This document shows positions 39,694 through 49,400 of a DNA stretch of 64,000 nt, in pieces. The notes under the pieces were generated by a model. It had not been told where the DNA came from. It did not search any database and was given only the letters and a program-made list of their open reading frames with translations. The stretch is from Polaromonas sp. GTDB lineage: Bacteria; Pseudomonadota; Gammaproteobacteria; Burkholderiales; Burkholderiaceae_C. Each line of letters starts with the position of its first letter. The stretch's first letter is position 1. The DNA lies in the NCBI GenBank assembly GCA_965228025.1, contig CBDDGX010000032.1, positions 35,113 through 99,112 on the forward strand, written 5' to 3'. A program made the translations under genes and the position numbers.

Positions 39694-40329
39694 TCAGGCG
39701 CCAGCAGGCATTACGGGCACAGGCCTGTCGACCGGAATGGAGGTGTCTTGCCGCTCATAAGTGCCGATCAGCATGCCACTGGCAATGGCGCGCTCGCGGA
39801 TGGCGTACATCAGCGCATCACGGCCGGGCGTGTCGCCGAACGCTTCGCCGACGCCGATGGCGCCCAGCGCAAACACCTGGAAGGCATAGCGGTGCGGCCC
39901 GTGGCCGGGGGGCGGGTCGGGTGGCAGCCAGCCGGACATCAAATACGAGTTGCGGCCTTCATGCACGTCCCCGCCTTCATGGTCCGGGCTCTTCAAGGCG
40001 CCTTCAGGCAGGCCGCCGTCGGCAGCGGGCAAATCGACCACGATCGCGTGCACCAGCGGGCGCGGCGTGGGCGCATCAGCGTCTTCAACAATCAGCACCA
40101 CCGACTCGGTATCGGCCGGCACGCCCGACCACTGCAGCGGCGGCGAGAGGCCTTCGCCATCGGCGGTGTAGCGCGCGGGGATGGGCGCGTGGTCGGCAAA
40201 CGCCGGGCTGGTGACCGTGATGGACGCCAGTCCTGTGCGCAGGCCGGAGTTTTTGAAGACAAGCTCATCCATGCCGGCACGCACATCGCGCAGCGCGTGG
40301 CCGAGGGCATCTGGAAGGTTTTCAAGCAT
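39694..40329 (-). CDS. YbhB/YbcL (PEBP) family protein
   Basis: DGEGLSPPLQW, EDADAP, HAIV, PPPGHGPHRYAFQVFAL. Confidence 0.92.
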   Translation of the reverse strand: MLENLPDALGHALRDVRAGMDELVFKNSGLRTGLASITVTSPAFADHAPIPARYTADGEGLSPPLQWSGVPADTESVVLIVEDADAPTPRPLVHAIVVDLPAADGGLPEGALKSPDHEGGDVHEGRNSYLMSGWLPPDPPPGHGPHRYAFQVFALGAIGVGEAFGDTPGRDALMYAIRERAIASGMLIGTYERQDTSIPVDRPVPVMPAGA

Positions 40330-40448
40330 GGCGCGTCAGCTCCTGTGATGAGAAGTTTGAAGTTACCCGCAGCCGTACAAACCATCTGTAGGAGAAACCA
40401 CCTTCACGAAAGCAGCCAGACACCAGCGCGCGCCGGGCCGCCTGCTGG

Positions 40449-40856
40449 TCACTTCTTGTGCTTGAGGCTGTCATGCCGGCGCTTTTCTTCGTGCCGGATT
40501 TTCTCCATCATTTTGGCGTCCGGGTCTTGCCATTTGCCGCCCGCCTCGCGCGACATGAAGGCCACTGCGCGTGCGAACTCTTCAAGCGACAGGTCAGGGC
40601 GGCCACCTTTGGGCGGCATGGCGCGCACGCCCACCCAGGCATGGGCAGTGAGCACTTGCTGGCCTTCGGCGATCAGCGGTGCCCAAGCTTTGCGGTCACC
40701 AAACTTCGGCGCATTTGCCACACCAGCGCCGTGGCAGGCCACGCAGGTCTGTTTGTAAACCTGTTCGCCGGTTTGCAGGGTTTGTGCAGTTGCCGTGTGG
40801 AGCTGGGTCAACGCAATGGCGAGGAGAGGAATGGAAGCAAGTGGGGCGGAGTTCAT
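40449..40856 (-). CDS. Cytochrome c5-like protein
   Basis: Signal peptide, CVACH, AMPPKGG. Confidence 0.9.
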   Translation of the reverse strand: MNSAPLASIPLLAIALTQLHTATAQTLQTGEQVYKQTCVACHGAGVANAPKFGDRKAWAPLIAEGQQVLTAHAWVGVRAMPPKGGRPDLSLEEFARAVAFMSREAGGKWQDPDAKMMEKIRHEEKRRHDSLKHKK

Positions 40857-40880
40857 TGTTATCACCTTCAAAAAATCTTG

Positions 40881-42239
40881 TTATGGTGTGGCGGCCAGCG
40901 GCCATTGCAGGTCGACGGCGAGCCCGCCAAGTTCGCCGGAGCGGCTCACCCTGACCCTCGCGCCAGACACCAGCGCAATTCTTTTCACAATCGACCAGCC
41001 CAACCCGCTCCCCGGCTGGTCCTGGCCCAGCACGCGGTAAAAACGCTCGCCCAGGCGGCTCATGGCCTCTTCACTCAGGCCAGGGCCGCCGTCTTCAACG
41101 CGCAGCATCAGCTGCCCGCCTCGAGGCGCCACCTGTACGCGAATCTGCCCGTGCGCCGGGCTGTAGCGAATGGCGTTGTCAACCAAGTTGCGTACGAGCA
41201 CGCCCATCAACACCTCATCGCCCGTCATCAGGCAGCCGGCACTGGCATCAAGCTCCAGGTGCTGGTGGTGGGCCAATGCAGCGGGCGCCAGATCGGCCAT
41301 CACTGCGCGCACCACGGCAGCCATGTCGAGTGCCGCCGCGTTCGCTGCGGGTGCGGCCTCTACACGGGCCAGCGTCAACAGCTGCTCGACCAGCCGGGTG
41401 GCTCGGTCGCAACCCGCCAGCGTGAACTGCAGGGCATGCTCGCGCTGAACGGTGTCAGCCCCGGCACCCAGTGCGACCTGGGCCTGGGCGCGAATGGCGG
41501 CGATAGGCGTGCGTAACTCATGCGCGGCATCGGCGGTGAAGCGGCGCTCGGATTCCATCATGCGGGCCAAGCGTGCAAAGAGTCCGTTGAGCGCCTCGAC
41601 AGGTGCCTGCATTTCAGAAGGCATGTCGGCCAGCGCCACGGGTTGGAGGTCACCGGCCTGCCTCTCGTGCAGGGCACCTTCCAGTTGACGCAGGGGCAAC
41701 AGGCCGCGGCGCACAGCCCACCAGACAGCCAGTGCCAGCAGGGGCAAGGCGACCAGCAGCGGCCAGAGCACGCTGCGCAGAACAGCGCGCAGAACCTCGT
41801 TGCGCGCAGCTATCTGCTCGCCGACATAAACCTGCACATCGTTTTGGGCGCCCTTTGCGCCGAAGATGCGCCAGTCATTGCCATCGGCCAGGCGGATGGT
41901 GGCAAAACCAGTATTCAAGGGAGATAGGGGCGCAGACTGTGTGCCCGCAGATCTCATGACCAGTTGCCCTTCGTGAAAGACCTGAAACGCCACGCGCGGC
42001 GCATATTTGTGCAGCGAAGGCGCATCGGCGATGCCATCGTCATCGCCGCCGGCGGCCTGCTGCACCACCAGCAGTGCGGCGGCCTGCGCCAGGTGGCCGT
42101 CGAGCAGTTCGTCAAGCTCATGGCGGGCGTCATACCAGGTCACGCCAGCCGCAAGCACCCACAGCGCACTCACCATGCCGAGCACGAGCAGCAGCAGTCG
42201 GCGCTGCAATGACCACTGACGCGGCACCGGGCGCGTCAT
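40881..42239 (-). CDS. Sensor histidine kinase (QseC/PmrB-like)
   Basis: SLQRRL, FTADAAHELRTP, NLVDNAIRY, GSGLG. Confidence 0.93.
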   Translation of the reverse strand: MTRPVPRQWSLQRRLLLLVLGMVSALWVLAAGVTWYDARHELDELLDGHLAQAAALLVVQQAAGGDDDGIADAPSLHKYAPRVAFQVFHEGQLVMRSAGTQSAPLSPLNTGFATIRLADGNDWRIFGAKGAQNDVQVYVGEQIAARNEVLRAVLRSVLWPLLVALPLLALAVWWAVRRGLLPLRQLEGALHERQAGDLQPVALADMPSEMQAPVEALNGLFARLARMMESERRFTADAAHELRTPIAAIRAQAQVALGAGADTVQREHALQFTLAGCDRATRLVEQLLTLARVEAAPAANAAALDMAAVVRAVMADLAPAALAHHQHLELDASAGCLMTGDEVLMGVLVRNLVDNAIRYSPAHGQIRVQVAPRGGQLMLRVEDGGPGLSEEAMSRLGERFYRVLGQDQPGSGLGWSIVKRIALVSGARVRVSRSGELGGLAVDLQWPLAATP

Positions 42240-42904
42240 GCACCGGACTCCTTTGGCATGATGTAGCCAACGCCGCGCACGGTCTGTATCAGGCCCGCAT
42301 GCAGCTTGCGGCGCAGGTGGTGGATGTGTACCTCGATGGCATTGCTGTCCACTTCATAACCCCAGCTATAAAGCTGATGCTCGAGCTGCTCACGCGACAT
42401 CACGCGGCCCGGCTGCAGCATCAGCGCATGCAGCAGGTCGAACTCGCGCTGCGACAGCGCCACAGCCACGCCCTCATGCACAACCTGCCGTGCAGAGGGG
42501 TCGAGCGACACGCCGCCGCAGTGCAGGATGCCCTGCGACTGGCCGCCTGCACGGCGCACCAGCGAGCGCAGGCGTGCAGCCAGCTCATGCAGGTCTACCG
42601 GTTTGACGACGTAATCGTCAGCGCCCAGGTTGAGGCCGGTGATGCGGTCAGGCACGGCATCGCGCGCAGTCAGCACCAGAACGGGCGTGTTGATGCTTCG
42701 GGCGCGTGTAGCGCGCAGCACATCCAGACCATCATTGAGCGGCAGGCCAAGGTCAAGAACGGCAGCCGCATAAGCGCCGCCGGCAAGCTCGCGCTCTGCA
42801 GCAAGGCCGTCACGCACCCAGTCGACCTGAAAGCCAAGCTGGCGCAGCCCGGCCCGCAGGCCGTCGCCAAGAATGGGGTCGTCTTCAGCGAGAAGTACGC
42901 GCAT
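42236..42904 (-). CDS. Response regulator (QseB/PmrA-like)
   Basis: MRVLLAEDD, LDLGLP, EVHIHHLRRKL. Confidence 0.93.
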   Translation of the reverse strand: MRVLLAEDDPILGDGLRAGLRQLGFQVDWVRDGLAAERELAGGAYAAAVLDLGLPLNDGLDVLRATRARSINTPVLVLTARDAVPDRITGLNLGADDYVVKPVDLHELAARLRSLVRRAGGQSQGILHCGGVSLDPSARQVVHEGVAVALSQREFDLLHALMLQPGRVMSREQLEHQLYSWGYEVDSNAIEVHIHHLRRKLHAGLIQTVRGVGYIMPKESGA

Positions 42905-42999
42905 GGTGCATGCCGGTGTCAGTGCGTCCGTGGTGTGAAGTGGGTTGGGGCCAGCGCCTGCGCGCTGCCCTGCCGTGTCCCGTATTGTGCGGCCTGTCT

Positions 43000-43692
43000 T
43001 TATGCGGCGCCACGCCACTGCAGCCACCAGAAAACCATGACAGCCATCAGCAAGATCACCGCCAGCACAGACCAGCTGCGGCGAATGCCCTGATGTGGCG
43101 CGCCATCTTTTTTGCCATCCAGCATGGCGCGCACCAGGTTTTCGTGGTGCAGCCAGCTGGCAAGCGCCACACCTCCCACGTGGACAAACACCACGGCCAG
43201 CATGAAGGTCGCTGCGCCCTCGTGCAGCTCCTCTATCCAGTTGCCCGTGATGTCGTTGTAATTCGCCCACCCGGTGGCAACAATGACCACGCTGGCAAGC
43301 AGCATCAGCAAAATCGCCACGGCACCAGCCGGGTTGTGGCCAACATGGTGTTCAGGTGGGGCAGGGTGAACAGCGCCGCTCATCTGGCTGACGGCTTCTG
43401 TACGCGGCATGAATGCAAGGCCGCCAAGCCGCAGCAAGTGCTGCAGGTACCCCTTGATGGCCGCCGGGCCGCGCACAAACTCTGCAAAGCGCGCATAGCG
43501 CGTGCCGACAAGCCCCCACAGAATGCGAAACGCCACCAGGCCACCCAGGGTGTAGCCAAGGGTCACGTGTATCAGGCGCCAGCGTTCACTTTCGGCCGTC
43601 AGATAGGCACCGGCGAAGCTCAGCACCATCAGCCAGTGAAAAACTCGTACCGGTGCATCCCACACCAGGATTTTTTTGTCTGTATTGGCCAT
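43000..43692 (-). CDS. Cytochrome b/b6 domain protein
   Basis: VWDAPVRVFHW, GHNPAGA, HVGGV, ENLVRAM. Confidence 0.9.
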   Translation of the reverse strand: MANTDKKILVWDAPVRVFHWLMVLSFAGAYLTAESERWRLIHVTLGYTLGGLVAFRILWGLVGTRYARFAEFVRGPAAIKGYLQHLLRLGGLAFMPRTEAVSQMSGAVHPAPPEHHVGHNPAGAVAILLMLLASVVIVATGWANYNDITGNWIEELHEGAATFMLAVVFVHVGGVALASWLHHENLVRAMLDGKKDGAPHQGIRRSWSVLAVILLMAVMVFWWLQWRGAA

Positions 43693-43696
43693 GCTG

Positions 43697-44173
43697 TTAT
43701 TTCGGTATCCTGATGTCGCGCTCATTGAAATTGCCCTGCGCCGCCCCGCTGTGGCAGGCCACGCAGTTCGAGGCACCGCCTACGGAGGCACGCTTCCAGA
43801 CCTCGGGCGCAACCTCACGCGCGTTGTGCTTGCGAAGAAACCAGGCCGACTGCGTGATGCGATCCTGCGGCGGCTCTTCGCTCACGCGTTTGTAGGTACC
43901 GGCGTTCGCACCCAGCCAGACGCTGATCTCGCGCACGCTGGCTTCGTCCATCGATGCATCGGTACCGTAATGTTTGTTCAGCCCGCCCATGATGCGTTTC
44001 CACGAAGCTGCAGGCAGCATGCCCGCCGGATAGGGCGTGTGACAGGCGGCGCACTCCTGCTTGTATTTGGGCAGCAGCGGGGTTGTATTTGCCGGGCCAT
44101 CCGCCAGGGCCAGGCCGGTGAAGACAGCAAAGCCCGTGAACAGGCCGGCGAGAAGGGATCGTGAGAGCGACAT
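43697..44173 (-). CDS. Diheme cytochrome c (DHC)
   Basis: CAACH and CVACH; HYGTDAS, RIT..WF..KH. Confidence 0.9.
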   Translation of the reverse strand: MSLSRSLLAGLFTGFAVFTGLALADGPANTTPLLPKYKQECAACHTPYPAGMLPAASWKRIMGGLNKHYGTDASMDEASVREISVWLGANAGTYKRVSEEPPQDRITQSAWFLRKHNAREVAPEVWKRASVGGASNCVACHSGAAQGNFNERDIRIPK

Positions 44174-44200
44174 GGCGATCTTTCTGTAGGTGGGCAAAGA

Positions 44201-44602
44201 TCAGCGTTTGAGCGTCAGCAGCCAGGCCAGCACATCGGCCTTTTCTGCAGCGGTGCATTCGCGGCCCATCACGTCATTGCAGTTGCGCCTGAACCATTTG
44301 TCAGACTTGGCGGTGTCGGTAAAGCGCTCGGGGTTAAACGCGGGTGCCAGGGGCCCTATCGTTTTGCCAGTGCTGGCATGTTTGCCGTCCACCGTGGGAA
44401 TGCCCGTGTGGCATGAAGCGCAGCTCCAGTCCTTGCCATGTTTGGCATTGAAGAGCTGCTGCCCGCGCGCGGCTTGCGCGGGCGCGCCCGCCTGTGCGGT
44501 GTACGCGGCGAGCTGCTCTGCCGGTGTTATGGCGTGAGCGACTGGGCCCAGGGCTGCGCTGGTGAGAATCAGCGCACGAAAAAAGTGAGTCGAAATGTGC
44601 AT
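44201..44602 (-). CDS. SHP-like (DUF1924) c-type cytochrome
   Basis: CASCH, HASTGKTIGPLAP, KWFRRNCNDVMGREC. Confidence 0.88.
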   Translation of the reverse strand: MHISTHFFRALILTSAALGPVAHAITPAEQLAAYTAQAGAPAQAARGQQLFNAKHGKDWSCASCHTGIPTVDGKHASTGKTIGPLAPAFNPERFTDTAKSDKWFRRNCNDVMGRECTAAEKADVLAWLLTLKR

Positions 44603-44637
44603 GGTACCTCCATGGATAGCCATGGTAGGTAGCGCAA

Positions 44638-44654
44638 ATTAAGGCTTTCTTAAC
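44638..44654 (-). promoter_or_regulatory. PmrA/QseB-type direct repeat box
   Basis: GTTAAG-AAAGC-CTTAAT (YTTAAK-N5-YTTAAK pattern) upstream of the cytochrome operon that contains a QseB-like regulator. Confidence 0.5.
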
Positions 44655-44681
44655 ACCCCGGTGCAGCACCTGCCAGACGAA

Positions 44682-46070
44682 TCAATTCAGGCTGCGCACC
44701 ACTTCAAGCGCCTGCTCGATACGCTCAACCGCGTGAATGGTCAGGCCTTCAAAAGCCTTGTCGTTCTTTTTGGGCGCGTTGGCCTTGGGCACGATGGCGA
44801 TGCTGAAGCCGAGCTTGGCGGCTTCTTTCAAACGCTCCTGCCCGCGCGGCGCGGGACGCACTTCACCGGCCAGGCCGACCTCACCAAAGGCAATGAAGCC
44901 CTTGGGTAGCGGCCTGCCGCGCAGGCTGGAGGTGATGGCCAGCATCACGGCCAGATCGGCTGCGGGTTCGCTGATGCGCACACCGCCCACCGCGTTGACG
45001 AAGACATCCTGATCCATGCAGGCGACACCCGCGTGGCGGTGCAGCACGGCCAGCAGCATGGCGAGGCGGTCACGGTCCAGGCCGACCGAGAGACGCCGCG
45101 GGCTGGGTCCGCCGCTGTCAACCAGCGCCTGGATTTCAACCAGCATGGGGCGTGTGCCTTCGAGCGTGACCATGACGCAGCTGCCGGGCACCGGCTCGGT
45201 GTGCTGGCTGAGAAAAATCGCGCTCGGGTTGCTGACGCCCTTGAGGCCTTTTTCGGTCATCGCAAAAACGCCAATTTCATTGACCGCGCCAAAGCGGTTC
45301 TTGATGGCGCGCACCAGGCGAAAGCTCGAATGTGTGTCGCCTTCAAAGTACAGCACGGTATCGACCATGTGCTCAAGCACACGCGGGCCGGCGAGAGCGC
45401 CCTCTTTGGTCACGTGGCCGACGAGCACGATGCAGACCCCGCTGGCCTTGGCGGCCCGCGTGAGGTGCGCTGCGCATTCGCGCACCTGTGCCACAGAGCC
45501 GGGCGCGGAGGTGAGCTGGTCTGAGTACACCGTCTGGATGGAGTCGATAACGGCGATCATGGGCCGCTCTGCTTCGAGCGTAGCGAGAATTTTTTCGAGC
45601 TGGATTTCGGCCAGCACCTTGACGCGGGAGCCTTCAAGCCCCAAGCGGCGTGAGCGCAGTGCAATCTGCGCGCCACTCTCCTCGCCCGTAACGTAAAGCG
45701 TGCTGTGACCCGCGCGCTGCAATGAATCCAGCGCCTGCAGCAACAGCGTTGATTTGCCGATACCGGGGTCACCACCAATCAGCACCACACCGCCCTCCAC
45801 AATGCCGCCGCCCAGCACACGGTCAAGTTCTTCATGGCCTGTAGGCGTGCGTTCCATGTCGGTCGCGTCGATGTCGGACAGCATGGTCAGCTCTGACGCC
45901 TTGGCCAGGCCCTGGTGCTGGTTGCTGTAGCGGTTCTTCACGCCCGAAGTGTTCTCGGCCACTGATTCGATCAGCGTGTTCCAGGCGTTGCAGTGCGGGC
46001 ACTTGCCCAGCCACTTGGGGCTGGTGCCGCCACACTCGGTGCAGGTATAAATGGTTTTGTCTTTTGCCAT
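44682..46070 (-). CDS. radA: DNA repair protein RadA/Sms
   Basis: CTEC...CPHC zinc finger, GDPGIGKS, KNRFG. Confidence 0.97.
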   Translation of the reverse strand: MAKDKTIYTCTECGGTSPKWLGKCPHCNAWNTLIESVAENTSGVKNRYSNQHQGLAKASELTMLSDIDATDMERTPTGHEELDRVLGGGIVEGGVVLIGGDPGIGKSTLLLQALDSLQRAGHSTLYVTGEESGAQIALRSRRLGLEGSRVKVLAEIQLEKILATLEAERPMIAVIDSIQTVYSDQLTSAPGSVAQVRECAAHLTRAAKASGVCIVLVGHVTKEGALAGPRVLEHMVDTVLYFEGDTHSSFRLVRAIKNRFGAVNEIGVFAMTEKGLKGVSNPSAIFLSQHTEPVPGSCVMVTLEGTRPMLVEIQALVDSGGPSPRRLSVGLDRDRLAMLLAVLHRHAGVACMDQDVFVNAVGGVRISEPAADLAVMLAITSSLRGRPLPKGFIAFGEVGLAGEVRPAPRGQERLKEAAKLGFSIAIVPKANAPKKNDKAFEGLTIHAVERIEQALEVVRSLN

Positions 46071-46150
46071 GCTTGCGATGTTACCGCATGGCTGTATATA
46101 TAAACAGTGCTTTGCAGGCGAACACACTGCTTTCAACCAGGACAAAAACA

Positions 46151-47125
46151 ATGAAGGTCTGTATTTACGGTGCCGGCGCCATTGGCGGGTGGATAGGCCA
46201 CAAGCTGGCGGCTTCGGGCTGCGATGTCAGCGTGGTGGCGCGCGGCGCAACGCTCACCGCACTGCAGCAGCACGGCCTGCGGCTCAATGAGGGTGGCAAC
46301 ATCACGGCTGCGCAGGTGAGCGCCAGCGCGCAACCCGCAGACCTGGGCATTCAGGACCTGGTGGTACTGGCCGTCAAGGCACCCGCCTTATCTGAAGTGG
46401 CGCGCCACATCGCGCCGCTGATCGGACCGGAAACGATTGTGCTGACCGCGATGAACGGTGTGCCCTGGTGGTTTTTGCAGGGCTTTGGCGGCGCGCTGGC
46501 CAACCAGCGACTGCGCACGGTTGACCCTGACGGCACGCTCGAAAAGGCGATCCCCGCAGCGAACATCATTGGCTGCGTGGTGCATGCCAGCGGCCTGGTC
46601 GATGAGCCGGGCCTGATACGCCACCACAAGGGCAACACGCTCATCATCGGCGAGCCTTCGGGCCGAAAGACAGCGCGCGTTGAGGCACTGTCGGCGCTGC
46701 TTGCGAAGGCCGGCTTTGATGCGCCGGTGTCAGAGCAGATCCAGAAGGACATCTGGTACAAGCTTTGGGGCAACATGACCATGAACCCCATCAGCGCGCT
46801 GACAGGCGCTACATCAGACCTCATCATGGGCGATGAACTGGTGTGCGGCTTCACCTCGAGCGTGATGCTCGAAGCAAAAGAAATCGGTGCGCGTGTGGGC
46901 ATACCGATTGACCAGACACCGGAAGAGCGCCACCTGATCACGCGCAAGCTGGGCGCGTTCAAGACCTCCATGCTGCAGGACGTGGAAGCCGGCAAGCCGG
47001 TTGAGCTTGATGCCCTTGTTTCTGCCGTACGCGAGCTGGGGCAACTGACGGTTGTGGCAACGCCGTTTACCGATGCGCTGCTCGGCCTGGCGCGACTGAA
47101 CGCGCGCATGCGGGGGCTGTACTGA
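46151..47125 (+). CDS. Ketopantoate reductase (PanE/ApbA) family
   Basis: GAGAIGG, MNG, WYKLWGN, TSMLQD, ELDAL. Confidence 0.88.
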   Translation: MKVCIYGAGAIGGWIGHKLAASGCDVSVVARGATLTALQQHGLRLNEGGNITAAQVSASAQPADLGIQDLVVLAVKAPALSEVARHIAPLIGPETIVLTAMNGVPWWFLQGFGGALANQRLRTVDPDGTLEKAIPAANIIGCVVHASGLVDEPGLIRHHKGNTLIIGEPSGRKTARVEALSALLAKAGFDAPVSEQIQKDIWYKLWGNMTMNPISALTGATSDLIMGDELVCGFTSSVMLEAKEIGARVGIPIDQTPEERHLITRKLGAFKTSMLQDVEAGKPVELDALVSAVRELGQLTVVATPFTDALLGLARLNARMRGLY

Positions 47126-48042
47126 TGGCGGTGACTGCGGGGAAAGCGGGCCGCGCCTTGAGCGGCACCGCCTTCGCGACGCTTTTGCTCATCGCACTGA
47201 TGATGGGCGCCAACCATGTGGCGGCGCGTTTTGCGTTCAACAACGGGGTCGATGTGGCCACGGCCGTGACGGTGCGTAGTTTTGCCACGGCCGCCGTCGT
47301 GTCCGTGCTGTTCATGCTGCACGGCATCAAGGTACAACTCACGGGGCGGCACAAGACCTTCCTGCTCGCCATCGGTTTGCTGATTGGTGTGCAGAGCCTG
47401 TGCCTATATTCAGGTGTGGCGCGCCTTCCGGTGGTGCTGGCGTTGCTCGCTTTCAACACCTACCCGCTGTGGACAGCCATCTGGAACCGCATTTTTTACG
47501 GTCACAAACCGGAACGCGCAACCTTGCTGGCCATGCCCTTCATCCTGGTGGGCCTGTGCATGGCGCTGGATGTGTTCGGTGCCGCATCAGGGCTGGGCGC
47601 GGCGGGCCAGTGGGCGCGCATAGGCGCGGGCGTGGCCTTTGCGCTGGCGGCAGGCGCATCGTTCGGGCTTGCACTGGTGCTGACACAACATGAAGCGGCA
47701 GACCTCGATGGCCGGCTGCGCAGTGCCACGACACTGGGACTGGCAGGCATGCTTGCGCTCGGCATGGTCGCCACACAGGGCGGCCTGCACATGCCGCAGG
47801 CCGCGGCAGGCTGGTGGGGCCTGGCAGCGCTGACGTTTCTTTATGGCACGGCATTCACCATCATGTTCACCGTGCTGCCCAAACTGGGCGTGGCCGGCAA
47901 CTCGGCCATCATGAATGTCGAACCCGTGTGCGCCATGGTGCTGGCCTGGCTGCTGCTGGGCCAGACCATTGCACCGATGCAGGTGGCCGGTGCGCTGCTG
48001 GTGGTGGGTACGGTGATGGTGCTGGGTTTGCGCAAGCGCTAG
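47125..48042 (+). CDS. DMT/EamA family transporter
   Basis: ~10 TM segments; MNVEPV motif. Confidence 0.85.
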   Translation: MAVTAGKAGRALSGTAFATLLLIALMMGANHVAARFAFNNGVDVATAVTVRSFATAAVVSVLFMLHGIKVQLTGRHKTFLLAIGLLIGVQSLCLYSGVARLPVVLALLAFNTYPLWTAIWNRIFYGHKPERATLLAMPFILVGLCMALDVFGAASGLGAAGQWARIGAGVAFALAAGASFGLALVLTQHEAADLDGRLRSATTLGLAGMLALGMVATQGGLHMPQAAAGWWGLAALTFLYGTAFTIMFTVLPKLGVAGNSAIMNVEPVCAMVLAWLLLGQTIAPMQVAGALLVVGTVMVLGLRKR

Positions 48043-49151
48043 CCCGAAAGACTTTCACCATCGACAGCCACAGGCACCCGCTGCGCCAGTGCGCACATGA
48101 GTTCATAGCCGACGGTGCCAGCGGCCAGCGCAATCTCGTCGATAGACAGCACCCCGCCATTGGCTGCCCGGCCCCACAGCGTGACGTCGCTGCCAATACA
48201 CGCATCGGGCACGGGCGAGAGGTCTACGGTGATCATGTCCATGCTGACCCTGCCTACCATGCGCGTGCGCACGCCATTGACCAGCACAGGTGTCCCGGTG
48301 GTGCAGTGGCGGGGGTAGCCATCGGCATAACCACACGCCACCACCCCTATGCGCAAGGGACCGTCTGCCGTGAAGCTGGAGCCATAGCCCACCGTGTCGC
48401 CGGCCTGCAGCTCCTGCACGCCTATGATTTTTGAGGCGAGTGTCATGGTCGGCAGCAGGCCCCAATCTGCCGCACTGCGCTCCGGAAAATCAGGGGAACT
48501 GCCGTAGACGGCGATACCCGGGCGAATCCAGTCGGACTTGAGCTCCACGGCATCTGCATGGCGCAGTGCCGCTGCGCTGTTGCTCAGGCTGCGCTCACCG
48601 GGCAGGTCATGTGTAACGGCTTCAAACGCAGCAACCTGCGCTGCGACACCTTTGGCCCCATCTGCATCCGAGAAATGTGTCATCAACGAAATCTCTTCAA
48701 CCTGCGGCAACGCATTGAGCCGCGTCCATGCGGCGCGGTAGCGTTCGGGTGTGAAGCCGAGGCGGTTCATGCCCGAGTTCATCTTCAGGAATATGCGGTG
48801 CGGCAGCTGCGTCTTGTGCGTTGCCAGCATGTCGATCTGCTCGTTGCAATGAACCACATGCCACAGGCCTAGGCGCGAGCACAGCTCCAGGTCGCGCAAC
48901 TCAAAGCAGCCTTCCAGCAGCAGGATGGGGCCGCGCCAGTCGAGTGCGCGCAGGCGCTGCGCCTCGGACAGGTCAAGCAGCGCAAAACCGTCGGCGCTGC
49001 GCAGGCCTTCAAAAGTGCGCTCTATGCCGTGGCCATAGGCGTTGGCCTTGACGATGGCCCAGACCCGCGCATCAGGCGCCGCCGCGCGCATGCGCGCCAG
49101 GTTATGCGCCAGGGCGGTGGTGTGTATGGTGGCGAGTATGGGACGGGGCAT
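48039..49151 (-). CDS. alr: Alanine racemase
   Basis: [14 protein letters not shown] motif, [15 protein letters not shown]. Confidence 0.95.
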   Translation of the reverse strand: MPRPILATIHTTALAHNLARMRAAAPDARVWAIVKANAYGHGIERTFEGLRSADGFALLDLSEAQRLRALDWRGPILLLEGCFELRDLELCSRLGLWHVVHCNEQIDMLATHKTQLPHRIFLKMNSGMNRLGFTPERYRAAWTRLNALPQVEEISLMTHFSDADGAKGVAAQVAAFEAVTHDLPGERSLSNSAAALRHADAVELKSDWIRPGIAVYGSSPDFPERSAADWGLLPTMTLASKIIGVQELQAGDTVGYGSSFTADGPLRIGVVACGYADGYPRHCTTGTPVLVNGVRTRMVGRVSMDMITVDLSPVPDACIGSDVTLWGRAANGGVLSIDEIALAAGTVGYELMCALAQRVPVAVDGESLSG

Positions 49152-49249
49152 TGGGGTAAGTGATGACGGCAGCAGCTCAATCAGGCGCGTTGTACAGGTG
49201 CCTGTGTATTTTGACAACAAGCAGAATCAGGGTAAGCCCGGCCCTGAAG

Positions 49250-49281
49250 TTTACAAACCGGATTTAAGTGCTTTACAAACC
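49250..49281. promoter_or_regulatory. Direct repeat TTTACAAACC x2 (22-bp period) in the alr/lplT divergent promoter
   Basis: Exact 10-bp repeats at 49250 and 49272. Confidence 0.35.
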
Positions 49282-49400
49282 TGTCCTATGGATTTTGACA
49301 GCAGCCCCCATGCTATAAACCACCTTGGTTCGGAGACACCCCCATTTTTTGCAGCAGCCAAAACGCTGGTGCATGCCCATGAAGTGACGTACAAAGTTTA

